A stretch of 64,000 nucleotides of DNA. It comes from Clostridiales bacterium. Lineage in GTDB: Bacteria > Bacillota > Clostridia > Caldicoprobacterales > UBA3941. Positions 8,898-18,739 of the stretch are shown in pieces; the stretch's first letter is position 1, and each line of letters starts with the position of its first letter. The DNA lies in contig JAAYGY010000054.1 of NCBI GenBank assembly GCA_012735575.1, positions 3,109-67,108 of the forward strand, written 5' to 3'. A program made the position numbers and the translations under genes. The notes below the pieces were generated by a model that saw only the letters and a list, made by a program, of their open reading frames with translations, had not been told where the DNA came from and did not search any database.

Positions 8898-9851
8898 ATG
8901 GCAAATTTAACTGTTAGCGCTGCTGACGAAAAAAGAGTAAAAGCTTTAGGCTTTTTAAGAAATAAAGGCACTGACAACTTCTCGGGAAGAATTATTACTG
9001 TAAACGGCAAAATTACAGCTGCTCAAAATAAATGTATTTCAGAAGCAGCTGAGCTTTTTGGCAATGGTATTGTGACTTTTACATCTAGATTAACAGTAGA
9101 GGTTCAAGGTATTCCCTATGATAAAATCGAAGACTTTAGAGCCTATATTGCTAAGGAAGGCCTTGTAACCGGCGGTACAGGTTCTAAAGTGCGTCCAGTT
9201 GTGTCCTGTAAAGGTACAACCTGTCAATATGGTTTAATAGATACCTTTGGAATATCAGAAGAAATTCATGAAAGATTCTACAATGGATATAACGATGTAA
9301 AGCTTCCTCATAAATTTAAAATCGGAGTAGGAGGATGTCCTAATAACTGTGTTAAACCTGATTTAAATGATTTAGGTGTAGTGGGACAAATGATCCCTAT
9401 TTTCGATGAGGATTACTGTAATGGATGTAAAAAATGTCCCGTAGAAGAAACTTGCCCAATCGATGCAGCAAAAGTTGTAGATGGTGTTCTTAATATTGAT
9501 AAAGACGAATGTAATAACTGCGGACGCTGCGTTGGAAAATGTCACTTCGATGCTATCGAAGATGGTAAGGTAGGATATAAAATTTATATTGGTGGACGAT
9601 GGGGAAAACGTGTTGGTCGTGGTATACCTCTTAGTAAAGTATTAACTAGCAAAGATGAGGTTATGGAAGTAATAGAAAAAGCAATACTATTATATAGAGA
9701 ACAAGGGAAAACTGGTGAACGTTTCGCTGAAACCATTGAAAGACTTGGCTTTGAAAATGTAGAAACACAATTGTTATCAAATGATATTTTAGATAGAAAG
9801 CAGGAAATTTTGGAAGCAAATCTTCATGTCACAGGTGGAGCAACCTGCTAA
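8898..9851 (+). CDS. Small nitrite/sulfite-reductase-like hemoprotein with an inserted 2x[4Fe-4S] ferredoxin module
   Basis: VSCKGTTCQYG and GVGGCPNNCVKPDLNDLG are NIR_SIR-type cluster/siroheme cysteines. CNGCKKCPVEETCP and CNNCGRCVGKCHFDA are two CxxCxxCxxxC ferredoxin motifs. It begins 25 nt after the upstream gene. Start chosen at MANLTV (GGGGG RBS). Confidence 0.75.
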   Translation: MANLTVSAADEKRVKALGFLRNKGTDNFSGRIITVNGKITAAQNKCISEAAELFGNGIVTFTSRLTVEVQGIPYDKIEDFRAYIAKEGLVTGGTGSKVRPVVSCKGTTCQYGLIDTFGISEEIHERFYNGYNDVKLPHKFKIGVGGCPNNCVKPDLNDLGVVGQMIPIFDEDYCNGCKKCPVEETCPIDAAKVVDGVLNIDKDECNNCGRCVGKCHFDAIEDGKVGYKIYIGGRWGKRVGRGIPLSKVLTSKDEVMEVIEKAILLYREQGKTGERFAETIERLGFENVETQLLSNDILDRKQEILEANLHVTGGATC

Positions 9852-9857
9852 TAACAA

Positions 9858-9884
9858 CAATCGCCAGCATCAAGCTGGCGATTG
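9858..9884. terminator. Bidirectional rho-independent terminator between convergent operons
   Basis: Perfect 11-bp stem caatcgccagc / gctggcgattg with a 5-nt loop. It sits between the stop at 9851 (+) and the stop at 9937 (-). Confidence 0.7.
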
Positions 9885-9936
9885 TTAGTCTTTAATTTGA
9901 TCCAGGTTTTATAAATTTCAGAATACGAAGAGGAAA

Positions 9937-11907
9937 CTATTTCACTATCCTGGAATATTGGCCTTTAGTTATAAAATAAAATATTCCATAGACCAAGGCA
10001 TAAACTCCATACATCACTCCTGAATAAGATAGAACAGTTAAATAGGAATTCTCAACAGGAATCATATAAGAAAATATCACTGTATCGGCTGCTTTCATAG
10101 CAAAAATACTATGGATAATACCAACCACAAGGGGGATTAAAAAGACTGGAAACAATCTTTTTACTATTACTTTTTTCTCTACCTGCATATCCATCCCTAT
10201 CTTCCTCAGCATCTTATACTGATGTCCCTCTTCTTCTGCTGCCATAATCTGTTTAAAATACAGAAGACTGGCTGTCATCAGTATAAATACAACACTCATA
10301 AAAAACCCAATAAAGCATACCAGGCCAAATGTCTCTAATGATTCACTATAATGATTATATGCTGTTCTATAACTTCCTGTTTTGCCCTCCAATATCTGCA
10401 CAAGCTTTACATTTAAATCTCTGAACTTTAAAGGGTTTTCGAACTTAAACACTGTTACCTTATCCAAGGGCTCACCATAAGGATCTATGACTACAATATC
10501 ACCGCTACGATAAAGGGCATCAAAGTCACTATCATTCAAAACCAGGGTATAAACAGCTCCAAAGGCTAAAATATTTTTTTGTGTAACAGCAGTGATTTTA
10601 AGGGTTTGGTTAGAAAATTTTAATAGTTTTCCATTGATTTTGCTTTCTAAACCTTTAATCATATTAGGATATCCAAACATTGCTTCACCAGGTTTTATAT
10701 GCACAGGTTTTAAATTAAGTCTTGCTACTGAATTCAACCTGTTATACTCTGACTCTGAATACACCCTAAAATAATTTTCCTGATCAAATGTAATCTCTCT
10801 TCCCTCAATAATAATGGGCTCCATATCAGGACTGCATTTATATCTCTGAGTAGTATACTCATCTAAAATTTTAATCTTATGCCTTTCAAAAGCCTTATAG
10901 ACATCATCTAATACTTCTTCCTGCCCGCCATAGAAATACATATCAAACCTAACAGTATCATAAACATTTTTTTCAATGCTCCTATAAAGGGTAAACCCAG
11001 TAGCAATGGCTGTTGTAGCTACTGCTGATAGAACTGCTATAGTGGCCATGGTTGATGCTATGGACTTTATCCTATGAGAAAACATAGATATAGAAATTAG
11101 ATTAATAGCCTTATAATGCCTTCCCTTATTCTTCTTGATAAGGTGCAGAACTTTTGAAAGGCCACCCCAAAAGAATAGATAGGTCCCACTTATCACTAAG
11201 ACTAAAATAGGTATTGATGCGCCAACCACTAAAAAAGAATCCTCCTGGATTGCTAGATAATAGCCAGCACCGATTAATAAGAGGGATAAAATAAGAGCGA
11301 TTATAGAACCCTCTGAATTGCTCTCTGCCATCTTGTCAGCTTTAAATAGATCTATAAGTTCAAATTTATTTATTACCCTTAAACCCGATAGGCCCATAAG
11401 GCAAAATATAGCAAGAAAAATAAGAGTTGTGATATATACTGCTTTATGGGCAATGTTAAACCTGATGTCACCAGTAAAGGAAACCAAAGAAATATCTAGT
11501 AAAATCATTGCAGTAAGCTTTGACAAAAATATGCCAACTCCTATACCTAGAGCCAAAGCAATAAGGCCTACTATCATAGTCTCTATAAAAAGTAGCTTGC
11601 CTATTTTTCTATTGGTCATTCCAAATAAAGAATAGGTAGAGATCTCCTTCTTTCTTGCTCTGATAAAACTATTGTTAGAGCTAATTAGAAAAAACATGAC
11701 AAAGACCATAATGATAATGCCAAAGACCAGCAATAAAGCTCTGTACCTATCATCATAGATGAATGCATTTGATACTTGCTCATTTTCCAATAAAGCTAAA
11801 AAGGAGTATGCGGTAAATACGCTAAAGCTTAAAGAAAAGAAATACATTACATATCTTTTGAAGTTTCGCTTTATATTTCGAATAGCCAAAGTGGAAAGCT
11901 TTATCAT
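9937..11907 (-). CDS. BceB-type ABC transporter permease (FtsX-domain, 10-TM, large extracellular domain)
   Basis: 656 aa. The N-terminus LAIRNIKRNFKRYVMYFFSLSFSV is typical of BceB/VraG-type permeases. There is a long hydrophilic insert between TM7 and TM8. It overlaps the upstream ATPase gene by 4 nt. Confidence 0.85.
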   Translation of the reverse strand: MIKLSTLAIRNIKRNFKRYVMYFFSLSFSVFTAYSFLALLENEQVSNAFIYDDRYRALLLVFGIIIMVFVMFFLISSNNSFIRARKKEISTYSLFGMTNRKIGKLLFIETMIVGLIALALGIGVGIFLSKLTAMILLDISLVSFTGDIRFNIAHKAVYITTLIFLAIFCLMGLSGLRVINKFELIDLFKADKMAESNSEGSIIALILSLLLIGAGYYLAIQEDSFLVVGASIPILVLVISGTYLFFWGGLSKVLHLIKKNKGRHYKAINLISISMFSHRIKSIASTMATIAVLSAVATTAIATGFTLYRSIEKNVYDTVRFDMYFYGGQEEVLDDVYKAFERHKIKILDEYTTQRYKCSPDMEPIIIEGREITFDQENYFRVYSESEYNRLNSVARLNLKPVHIKPGEAMFGYPNMIKGLESKINGKLLKFSNQTLKITAVTQKNILAFGAVYTLVLNDSDFDALYRSGDIVVIDPYGEPLDKVTVFKFENPLKFRDLNVKLVQILEGKTGSYRTAYNHYSESLETFGLVCFIGFFMSVVFILMTASLLYFKQIMAAEEEGHQYKMLRKIGMDMQVEKKVIVKRLFPVFLIPLVVGIIHSIFAMKAADTVIFSYMIPVENSYLTVLSYSGVMYGVYALVYGIFYFITKGQYSRIVK

Positions 11908-12662
11908 ATTGCCTCACCCCCAAGCACACTCATAACGTCTATTATAGAGTCAAAGAACTGCTTTTTATCATCCCCTGCATAGAGCTCATTGTATATCTCT
12001 CCATCTCGAATAAACATTATTTTTTGACAATAGCTAGCAGCAAATACATCGTGGGTAACCATTAAAATTGTTGCCCTGTATTCACTGTTTATAAAGGTTA
12101 GCAGTTCTAGCAGATCCTTACCCGATTTGGAATCTAGATTTCCAGTGGGCTCATCTGCAAGTATTAGCTTTGGATTGGTAATCAAAGCACGGCAGGCAGC
12201 AGCACGTTGCTGTTCTCCTCCTGAAACCTCATAAGGATATTTATCCAGTATTCTCATTATACCTAAATCTTTTGCAAAAGTATGTAGCTTGCTCTCCATA
12301 ACTTGAGCCTTATATCCGGCTATTGCTAAAGGTAGGATGATATTTTCCTTTAATGTCATAGTCTCTAATAAATTGTAGTCTTGAAAAATAAAGCCTATCT
12401 TTTTAACCCTATGAATGGCCAACTGATCTTTACTTAATCCTGTGATGTCTCGGCCATCTACTATAAGCCTGCCCGTTGTTGGTTTATCAATGCTGCCTAA
12501 TATGTTAAGCAGTGTAGTTTTACCCGAACCTGAAGGACCCATTACACCAATAAATTCACCTTCATCTACTTCAAAGCTTATATTCCTTAATGCCATATAC
12601 TGTTTTGAACCTTTTTTTGAACCATATACTTTGCTTATATTTTCCGCTTTTAGTATCTGCAT
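11904..12662 (-). CDS. BceA-type ABC transporter ATP-binding protein
   Basis: Walker A GPSGSGKTT, signature VSGGEQQRAAACRA and Walker B LILADEPTGNLD. 252 aa. GGAGGG RBS. Confidence 0.9.
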   Translation of the reverse strand: MQILKAENISKVYGSKKGSKQYMALRNISFEVDEGEFIGVMGPSGSGKTTLLNILGSIDKPTTGRLIVDGRDITGLSKDQLAIHRVKKIGFIFQDYNLLETMTLKENIILPLAIAGYKAQVMESKLHTFAKDLGIMRILDKYPYEVSGGEQQRAAACRALITNPKLILADEPTGNLDSKSGKDLLELLTFINSEYRATILMVTHDVFAASYCQKIMFIRDGEIYNELYAGDDKKQFFDSIIDVMSVLGGEAI

Positions 12663-12696
12663 TTATTTACCCTCCAATAATCTTCTTTATGAGATG

Positions 12697-12771
12697 ATTA
12701 TATCTCATAAAAAGATTAGGTAAAATCAAATTACCTTACACTTTTAAGTACAATCTTACAATTTTGTCACA
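12697..12771 (-). promoter_or_regulatory. Predicted response-regulator-dependent promoter of the BceAB-like transporter genes
   Basis: On the minus strand: TGTGACAAAATTGTAAGATTGTACTTAAAAGTGTAAGG (12771-12731), then a poor -35 (TTTTAC), a 17-nt spacer and a perfect TATAAT (12702-12697). TGACA-AAAT-TGTAA fits my recollection of the Bce-type regulator box TNACA-N4-TGTAA. The TATAAT sits at the centre of a 9-bp inverted repeat TTATGAGAT/ATCTCATAA (12687-12710). Confidence 0.5.
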
Positions 12772-12806
12772 AAGAAATATCTCCTAAAGAATATATGGCA
12801 TATCCC

Positions 12807-13835
12807 TTAGGAGACAATCTTATTGTATATTGTTGGATTTTCAATGAAGGTTAATTTAAAAATAGCATATTGCCCATGCTTAGATTCCACTTCTAACCTG
12901 TGCCCCAATTTATCGCTAAGCTTTTTAGAAAGATATAGGCCGTAACCCGTAGCCTTCATACCGCTCCTGTTCTCAGAAGAGGTGTAGCCTTTATTGAAAA
13001 TCTGACCAATATCTTTTTTTAATATTCCCTTTCCAGTATTTTTAATAGATATGGTTACCTCATTTTCCACCTTGTCAGTGCCAATTATAATATCTCCGCC
13101 GTCAGGCGTATATTTCACAGCGTTAGATATAATTTGAGATAATATATAGCCACTCCATTTCTCATCGGTCAACACATCATATGAAGGACCTAAAATAGAT
13201 ATATTTAGTTTCTTATAACTGAAAAAGTTAGAGTAGGCTTTTAAAGTCTGTGCAATCAGCTTTTTGGTACTGACCCATTGGATTTTATAATCATCATGAA
13301 GCTGATTGCTTTTTAGTTCATAAAAAACTCTTTGTACCGATTCCTCTACAGAAAATAACTCTTTATCTATGTACTGATAAAGGCTGCTGGGAATGTCCTG
13401 TTCACGGTTTTCTAATATTAATCTTATTGCTGATATGGGCACCTTAACATCGTGAATCCATTTTGTGATAAAATCCAGCTGTTCTGAAAATCTAGTATTT
13501 ACATCGGCCTTATATTTTTCGTAACTAACTGCCATGTCATGAAACAGCTTAGCATATTCCCTATCTACAGGATAAGAAAACTCGTCCACGTCTTGAGATG
13601 AAGCATTTAAGCTACAATATTTCTTAAATTTGTTCACACGGGCATATAAAATTCCATAATCTATTGCTATAAAGAGGAGAAATAATATGACCCAGCCAGT
13701 TATAATATAATTTGCATTGGACTTGGTAATATTAAAGCTGGTATCTAGCTTATATACCGCAGCAGAAAAACTGATATTTAATAGAATAAAAATATATGTA
13801 ACCCATCTTTCCTTTAAATACTCTATAAAACTCAT
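12807..13835 (-). CDS. BceS-type intramembrane-sensing histidine kinase
   Basis: Two N-terminal TM helices are joined by a very short loop, with no extracellular sensor domain. The H-box region is KWIHDVKVPISAI. The HATPase motifs are NAVKYTPDGG and GYGLYLSKKL. It overlaps the regulator gene by 4 nt. Confidence 0.85.
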   Translation of the reverse strand: MSFIEYLKERWVTYIFILLNISFSAAVYKLDTSFNITKSNANYIITGWVILFLLFIAIDYGILYARVNKFKKYCSLNASSQDVDEFSYPVDREYAKLFHDMAVSYEKYKADVNTRFSEQLDFITKWIHDVKVPISAIRLILENREQDIPSSLYQYIDKELFSVEESVQRVFYELKSNQLHDDYKIQWVSTKKLIAQTLKAYSNFFSYKKLNISILGPSYDVLTDEKWSGYILSQIISNAVKYTPDGGDIIIGTDKVENEVTISIKNTGKGILKKDIGQIFNKGYTSSENRSGMKATGYGLYLSKKLSDKLGHRLEVESKHGQYAIFKLTFIENPTIYNKIVS

Positions 13836-14506
13836 ATTAACTTGTATCCCTCACCTTTACTGGTTTCTATATACCCTTCTAGTCCAATAGTCTTTAATTT
13901 ACGGCGCAAGCGATTTACGTTTACTGTAAGGGTATTGTCATCTACAAAGCTCTCATCATCCCACAATGCTCTCATTAAACGAGTACGGGAAACGATCTTT
14001 CCTTGATTTCGAATAAGCATGGCCAGGATTTTCCCTTCGTTAGGCGTCAGTTCAATAGCCTGTTCCCCACAGATAACCCTTAAACGTTCTACATCAAATA
14101 TCATCTCCTTATACTGCTGTATATTCAATGTCTGATCACTATAAGAATATGCTCTACGTAATGCTGCCTGAACTTTGGCTACTAGCAGATCCATGGAGAA
14201 AGGCTTTTCTATATAGTCATCTCCACCTTGTGATATTGCTCTGATTTTATCTCCATCAGTATCCCTGGATGAGATAAATATAATAGGGATATTGGAAAGC
14301 TGTCTAATCTTTGCACACCAATAAAAGCCATCATAATATGGCAGGTTAATATCCATTAACACAAGGTGGGGTTTAAAGGATGTAAATTCTATTAATATAT
14401 CTTTAAAGTCTTTTACCCTGTGAGTTACATATCCCCACTTGTTTAATTTTTCCTCTATAATAACGGATATAGTCCTGTCATCCTCCACTATTAAAATTTT
14501 GTACAC
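13832..14506 (-). CDS. OmpR-family response regulator (BceR-like)
   Basis: The receiver domain is MYKILIVEDD...LVLMDINLP. The winged-helix C-terminus is LTPNEGKILAMLIRNQGKIVSRTRLMRALWD...TLTVNVNRLRRKL. Confidence 0.9.
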   Translation of the reverse strand: MYKILIVEDDRTISVIIEEKLNKWGYVTHRVKDFKDILIEFTSFKPHLVLMDINLPYYDGFYWCAKIRQLSNIPIIFISSRDTDGDKIRAISQGGDDYIEKPFSMDLLVAKVQAALRRAYSYSDQTLNIQQYKEMIFDVERLRVICGEQAIELTPNEGKILAMLIRNQGKIVSRTRLMRALWDDESFVDDNTLTVNVNRLRRKLKTIGLEGYIETSKGEGYKLI

Positions 14507-14533
14507 GCCATATCACCCCGAAAGAAATTTAGG

Positions 14534-15841
14534 TTATTCAAACTCAGCTGTACTATCCCTTTCCAATCTAATCTCGGTTTTATCCAGCCTATTTAAGACT
14601 TCCACTAAAAACAAGGAAATAATAAATACAAGGCTCATTAATGCAAAGGGAAGTTCCTCTGATATGGAGGACAGAACCCCTCCTATATATCCAAAGGGTG
14701 CGGTTATGCCGTAAAGAACAACATATAAAATAGACATAGTCTTGGCCCTCTCATTGTCATCAATAGAGTTTGCTAGCATAGATTCAACAAAAGGAAAGGA
14801 TACGGCTGTGCCGTAAGCAGTAAGGGCTGTTGATAAAATAATCATAAATAAACTCTGTTTGGGTGAAATAACAAGCAGGAAGTTGCTAAACACCATAGCA
14901 ATAAAGGCACTCATCAGAGGCAATTTAAAATGCCGCTTCCCCAGGGTAGGCATTACAAAAAGATATACCAACAAGGCTATTAACGACTGTACAACAGGAA
15001 AGAAGGACAGGCTTTGTTGGCTAAACTCTAACTTTTGAGTCAATACAATAGCAAAGAAATTCATTCTTATGATATTGTTGATATTGGTAAATATAGATAA
15101 TAAGAAGGTTACCATAGTAAATGGAGTAGATATCAGTTTCTTTGAAGCACTTTTGTAGTCTTTTATGCTGCCAAAAAAACTTTCATTTTTAGTTTCCTTC
15201 ATTCTCTTTAGCCCCTGTTGGGTTTCATTAACAAAATGGTTCCTTAGCAAAAACATTGTAGTCATAGAAATAAAAGCAAAAAAATAGAGCCCTCTCACCG
15301 TTGGTACTAACTCAAATCTTTTGACCAGCAACCCGCTAAAAGGTGCGATAAAACCTGCCATAATACCTGCAATCTGTATCCAGGTAAAAACATGAACCCT
15401 GTCTTCAGGTGGCGTATCTTCAACAATAAGGCAGGACCATGAGGTGTGAACAATCCTTACTAAGCTATTAATAATTGATGCCACAAGAAAATAATAAAAA
15501 TTCTGTGCAATAGCCCAAATAAAAGTAGGGATACTCCAGCTAATTACATCAAAAATCAAACTGGTACGCTTTCTGCCCAGTTTGTCTGTTACATACCCAC
15601 CGATTAATGAGAAAAACATTTGAAATACAAGAGAAATTGATGCTATTAGTCCGATTTGTTTGTCAGTACACCCCAAGGCTACCATATATACAGAAGTATA
15701 GGTAATAAACAAATTGTAGGGAATAATCCATAAAGGCTCAACCATAACACATACTCTGGCATTTCCTTTAAGGCCTGTTAAGGAACCTCCGGCTTCCCGC
15801 AGCTGATCTTTTAGCCTTCTCATCTCTTTATCAACCCCCAA
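14534..15841 (-). CDS. MFS transporter
   Basis: 435 aa with ~12 hydrophobic segments. The GYVTDKLGRKRT motif between TM2 and TM3 is the MFS signature. The start is uncertain: TTG at 15841 or ATG at 15823. Confidence 0.8.
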   Translation of the reverse strand: MGVDKEMRRLKDQLREAGGSLTGLKGNARVCVMVEPLWIIPYNLFITYTSVYMVALGCTDKQIGLIASISLVFQMFFSLIGGYVTDKLGRKRTSLIFDVISWSIPTFIWAIAQNFYYFLVASIINSLVRIVHTSWSCLIVEDTPPEDRVHVFTWIQIAGIMAGFIAPFSGLLVKRFELVPTVRGLYFFAFISMTTMFLLRNHFVNETQQGLKRMKETKNESFFGSIKDYKSASKKLISTPFTMVTFLLSIFTNINNIIRMNFFAIVLTQKLEFSQQSLSFFPVVQSLIALLVYLFVMPTLGKRHFKLPLMSAFIAMVFSNFLLVISPKQSLFMIILSTALTAYGTAVSFPFVESMLANSIDDNERAKTMSILYVVLYGITAPFGYIGGVLSSISEELPFALMSLVFIISLFLVEVLNRLDKTEIRLERDSTAEFE

Positions 15842-15912
15842 GTTATATTGAAAAAGTATGCCTTACCACATGTATTATAACACAGAGGGCTGACCTTTAC
15901 GAGATATAAAAG

Positions 15913-17211
15913 TTATGCCTTAATAGCATCCAAAGGACTCATCTTTGTTGCCCTATTGGCCGGAAGAATTCCAGCTATAATACCCACAATTATAGATACT
16001 CCTATAGCAGTCAAATCCAACCATATTGGTATAATCATCTTAATACCTGCACTAAAGTACATCCCCAGAAAAATAGTTTCTTCAGCTTTGGTGCTTAATA
16101 TATATGCAAATAAATGAGAAAACAGCATCCCTGCCATCCCTCCTAAGAAGCCAATCATGGCTGCTTCCACTAAAAATAAAAAACGTATCTTTTCAAGAGA
16201 AAAACCTATGACTTTCATAATACCAATTTCCCTACGCCTTTCTAATACTCCGGTCATCATTGTATTGGCAATACCTATAGCCGATACTACCAAAGATATT
16301 AATCCAATAGCCGCCAATTGTCCCTGCTGGCTTCTTTGCTGCTTAAGCAGCCCCTCTATCCATTCGGTCTGGCTATATGCCTCAAAACCATAATCCTTTA
16401 TTAGCTCTATTAAATCCCTAACCTTATCCATTGTACTGGCATAGACATAAACCAATTCATACGTATTAATCTGCTGATTTAATGCCTTTGCCAACTTATA
16501 ATTATTCTGCAATATGTTTTTGCCCTTATCCAGGTCCATATAGATAGCATAACTAGGGTTTTTATCATCCTCATCCTTAATAATTCCCACAACTCTTGCT
16601 TTGTATCTTCGTGAACTGGGTACATCTGAATTGTCTAAAATATCCTTATCACCATAATACAGATCAATAGTGCTATTTAACCAATCAATAGATGGCCCTT
16701 GGTATTCTCTGTCTTGATAATCACTCTCATCCTGTATAAATTGCCTGGCTACACCCATACCTATTATTACCTCTGGCATAGAACTATTCTCTGAAGGATA
16801 GCGGCCTTCTTTCAGCTCAACCATATAGGGAAGTTCACCTGCAGGAACCGCCATCACGTTCAAATAGTTTGCATAATAGTTGCCTATCTCCCCATACATT
16901 AATAGATTCTTTGTTGGCACCACCTTGTTCACGTGATCTAAATTACCTAAAGCCTTAATCGCAGCATCATCCAATTTTATACTGCTTCTACCCTCTGAGC
17001 CGTAGTTTGGTCCCACTACTTGAATCTGGGTAAACTCAGCACTCTCTAGCATTTTATCAAACTGGGCAAGATTAGTTAAACCTATAGATACCATGAGAAT
17101 AATACTACAAGTTCCAATCACTACCCCCACAACGGTCAACAATGACCTTACCCATCGTCTATATAGATTAAGAGCTGCCAGATATACAGTATCATATATC
17201 TTCATTGCCAT
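15913..17211 (-). CDS. FtsX/MacB-type ABC transporter permease
   Basis: The N-terminal TM helix is followed by a ~260-aa periplasmic-type domain and a C-terminal FtsX 3-TM bundle (IGIMKVIGFSLEKIRFLFLVEAAMIG...PANRATKMSPLDAIKA). It overlaps the upstream gene by 20 nt. Confidence 0.8.
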   Translation of the reverse strand: MAMKIYDTVYLAALNLYRRWVRSLLTVVGVVIGTCSIILMVSIGLTNLAQFDKMLESAEFTQIQVVGPNYGSEGRSSIKLDDAAIKALGNLDHVNKVVPTKNLLMYGEIGNYYANYLNVMAVPAGELPYMVELKEGRYPSENSSMPEVIIGMGVARQFIQDESDYQDREYQGPSIDWLNSTIDLYYGDKDILDNSDVPSSRRYKARVVGIIKDEDDKNPSYAIYMDLDKGKNILQNNYKLAKALNQQINTYELVYVYASTMDKVRDLIELIKDYGFEAYSQTEWIEGLLKQQRSQQGQLAAIGLISLVVSAIGIANTMMTGVLERRREIGIMKVIGFSLEKIRFLFLVEAAMIGFLGGMAGMLFSHLFAYILSTKAEETIFLGMYFSAGIKMIIPIWLDLTAIGVSIIVGIIAGILPANRATKMSPLDAIKA

Positions 17212-18739
17212 ACTCCATCTCTAGTTTTTTAACCTTTCTCTTGTAGGATATGGTAGTAGATAATATCATTATTACTCCTGTAGCTAAAGCTATGGACACC
17301 CACCATTGGGAGGCTCTTTCAGGTTTTTGTTTATCTTCTTCCTGTTCTTCCCTAATATCACCAATAATAGGTTTTTCTATATTTGTTGCCAACTCTACTG
17401 TTTTTGTGTATACTTCTCCATACTCATCCTCATAAGTAATAGTCATAATCCCTTCAGATCTTCCATATTTACCTGCATCATCACCTGATACTTCGGCCTT
17501 TGAATATTCATCTTTTCCCATATCTAACGTCCCAAAGAAGGCATAAATTTCTGTACTATTTGATGTACCAGGCTCCATGTTTCCAAGGTAGGCACTGCCA
17601 TCAGGAATTACTCCCGGCATCTCAAGGGTACATCGTACATTATATAGAGTACTTTTTCCCATATTAAAAATATTCATGGTAATTGGCAGACTTTCTCCTG
17701 CATTAACACTAGATGGAATATTGACTTCATCTACCTCCAGTCTAAGAGGCTGTCTTACCTCCACCAATATCTCCTCGTTCATGGTATAGGCAGTGCGTGC
17801 ACTATCTTCATATTCTATGGTTAGTAGGATTTTATGGGGGCGGGGCTCTGCATCTAATCGAGTTCTCATCTTTAAGTTAAGCTCATGAGTCTTATTATTT
17901 GATATCTCATCTATATAAAATGTATTAGTCTTGTCATTAGGAAGAATATCATGAGTCTCGCCTTTATATGTTACCTTTATATTGTATGTGCTCCAGTCTT
18001 CCTCTGTATTTTTAAGCCTTACCATTACATCAAAACTATCCCCCGCCATGACCATCTGAGGACTAACCTTATATTCATCCATGATAATTTTAGGCTGGGG
18101 TCTTGGCTCAGGTTCTTCTTCAGGCTCCTGTTCAGATTCAGATGATTGGGGATCTCTTCCATCAGTAATAGTCACATACACAGTAAAAGTCTGCTCTACC
18201 TGTTCTATAATATCCTTAACTTGTTCCTGTTCCTTTGGACTAGATTCATCAGTTATTTCCTCTGGATCTTTGGATTGCTCCGTAACATTTGGTTTTTCTT
18301 TTCCCTCTGATTGGACTAAGAAACTAGTATTTATTATTACAGGATAAGTTCCATTTATCCGGTTTGCTGATAAGGGCAGTTCAAGACGAACCAGAAAACT
18401 TGGTACTTTGGCCTTCCCACCATTTACAACATTATCAGCTAAAGAAACGGTCATCTGATAGTTGGAAAAGGAAAAAGGTGAATCCAAGGGGTCCCCCAGG
18501 TCAGGTGTAACAGTTATCTTCTCATCAACTATTTTATTGGCTCCTTCATATATTAAGGGTAGTATAACTATTGCTTTTCCATCCTTGACATCAGGTCTGT
18601 AACCCTGTGAATATGAATTTATCATGCCCTCATATACATTCTTGTTATCGATTGCCAGTTTATCTCCTGCAGCGTATGTAACTGGAATATAGGCTGTCAG
18701 AATAATAACAGTTAATATAATAGTAGCCACTTTTTTCAT
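17192..18739 (-). CDS. Secreted, C-terminally membrane-anchored beta-rich protein with acidic linkers (unknown function; CARDB/COG1361-like by appearance)
   Basis: Signal peptide MKKVATIILTVIILTAYIPVTYAAG. Repeated Ig-like-looking modules are separated by E/Q/P-rich linkers (SESEQEPEEEPEPRPQP). C-terminal TM WWVSIALATGVIMILSTTI followed by KRKVKK. It is sandwiched between the ATPase and the FtsX permease, overlapping both. Confidence 0.7.
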   Translation of the reverse strand: MKKVATIILTVIILTAYIPVTYAAGDKLAIDNKNVYEGMINSYSQGYRPDVKDGKAIVILPLIYEGANKIVDEKITVTPDLGDPLDSPFSFSNYQMTVSLADNVVNGGKAKVPSFLVRLELPLSANRINGTYPVIINTSFLVQSEGKEKPNVTEQSKDPEEITDESSPKEQEQVKDIIEQVEQTFTVYVTITDGRDPQSSESEQEPEEEPEPRPQPKIIMDEYKVSPQMVMAGDSFDVMVRLKNTEEDWSTYNIKVTYKGETHDILPNDKTNTFYIDEISNNKTHELNLKMRTRLDAEPRPHKILLTIEYEDSARTAYTMNEEILVEVRQPLRLEVDEVNIPSSVNAGESLPITMNIFNMGKSTLYNVRCTLEMPGVIPDGSAYLGNMEPGTSNSTEIYAFFGTLDMGKDEYSKAEVSGDDAGKYGRSEGIMTITYEDEYGEVYTKTVELATNIEKPIIGDIREEQEEDKQKPERASQWWVSIALATGVIMILSTTISYKRKVKKLEMEYGNEDI

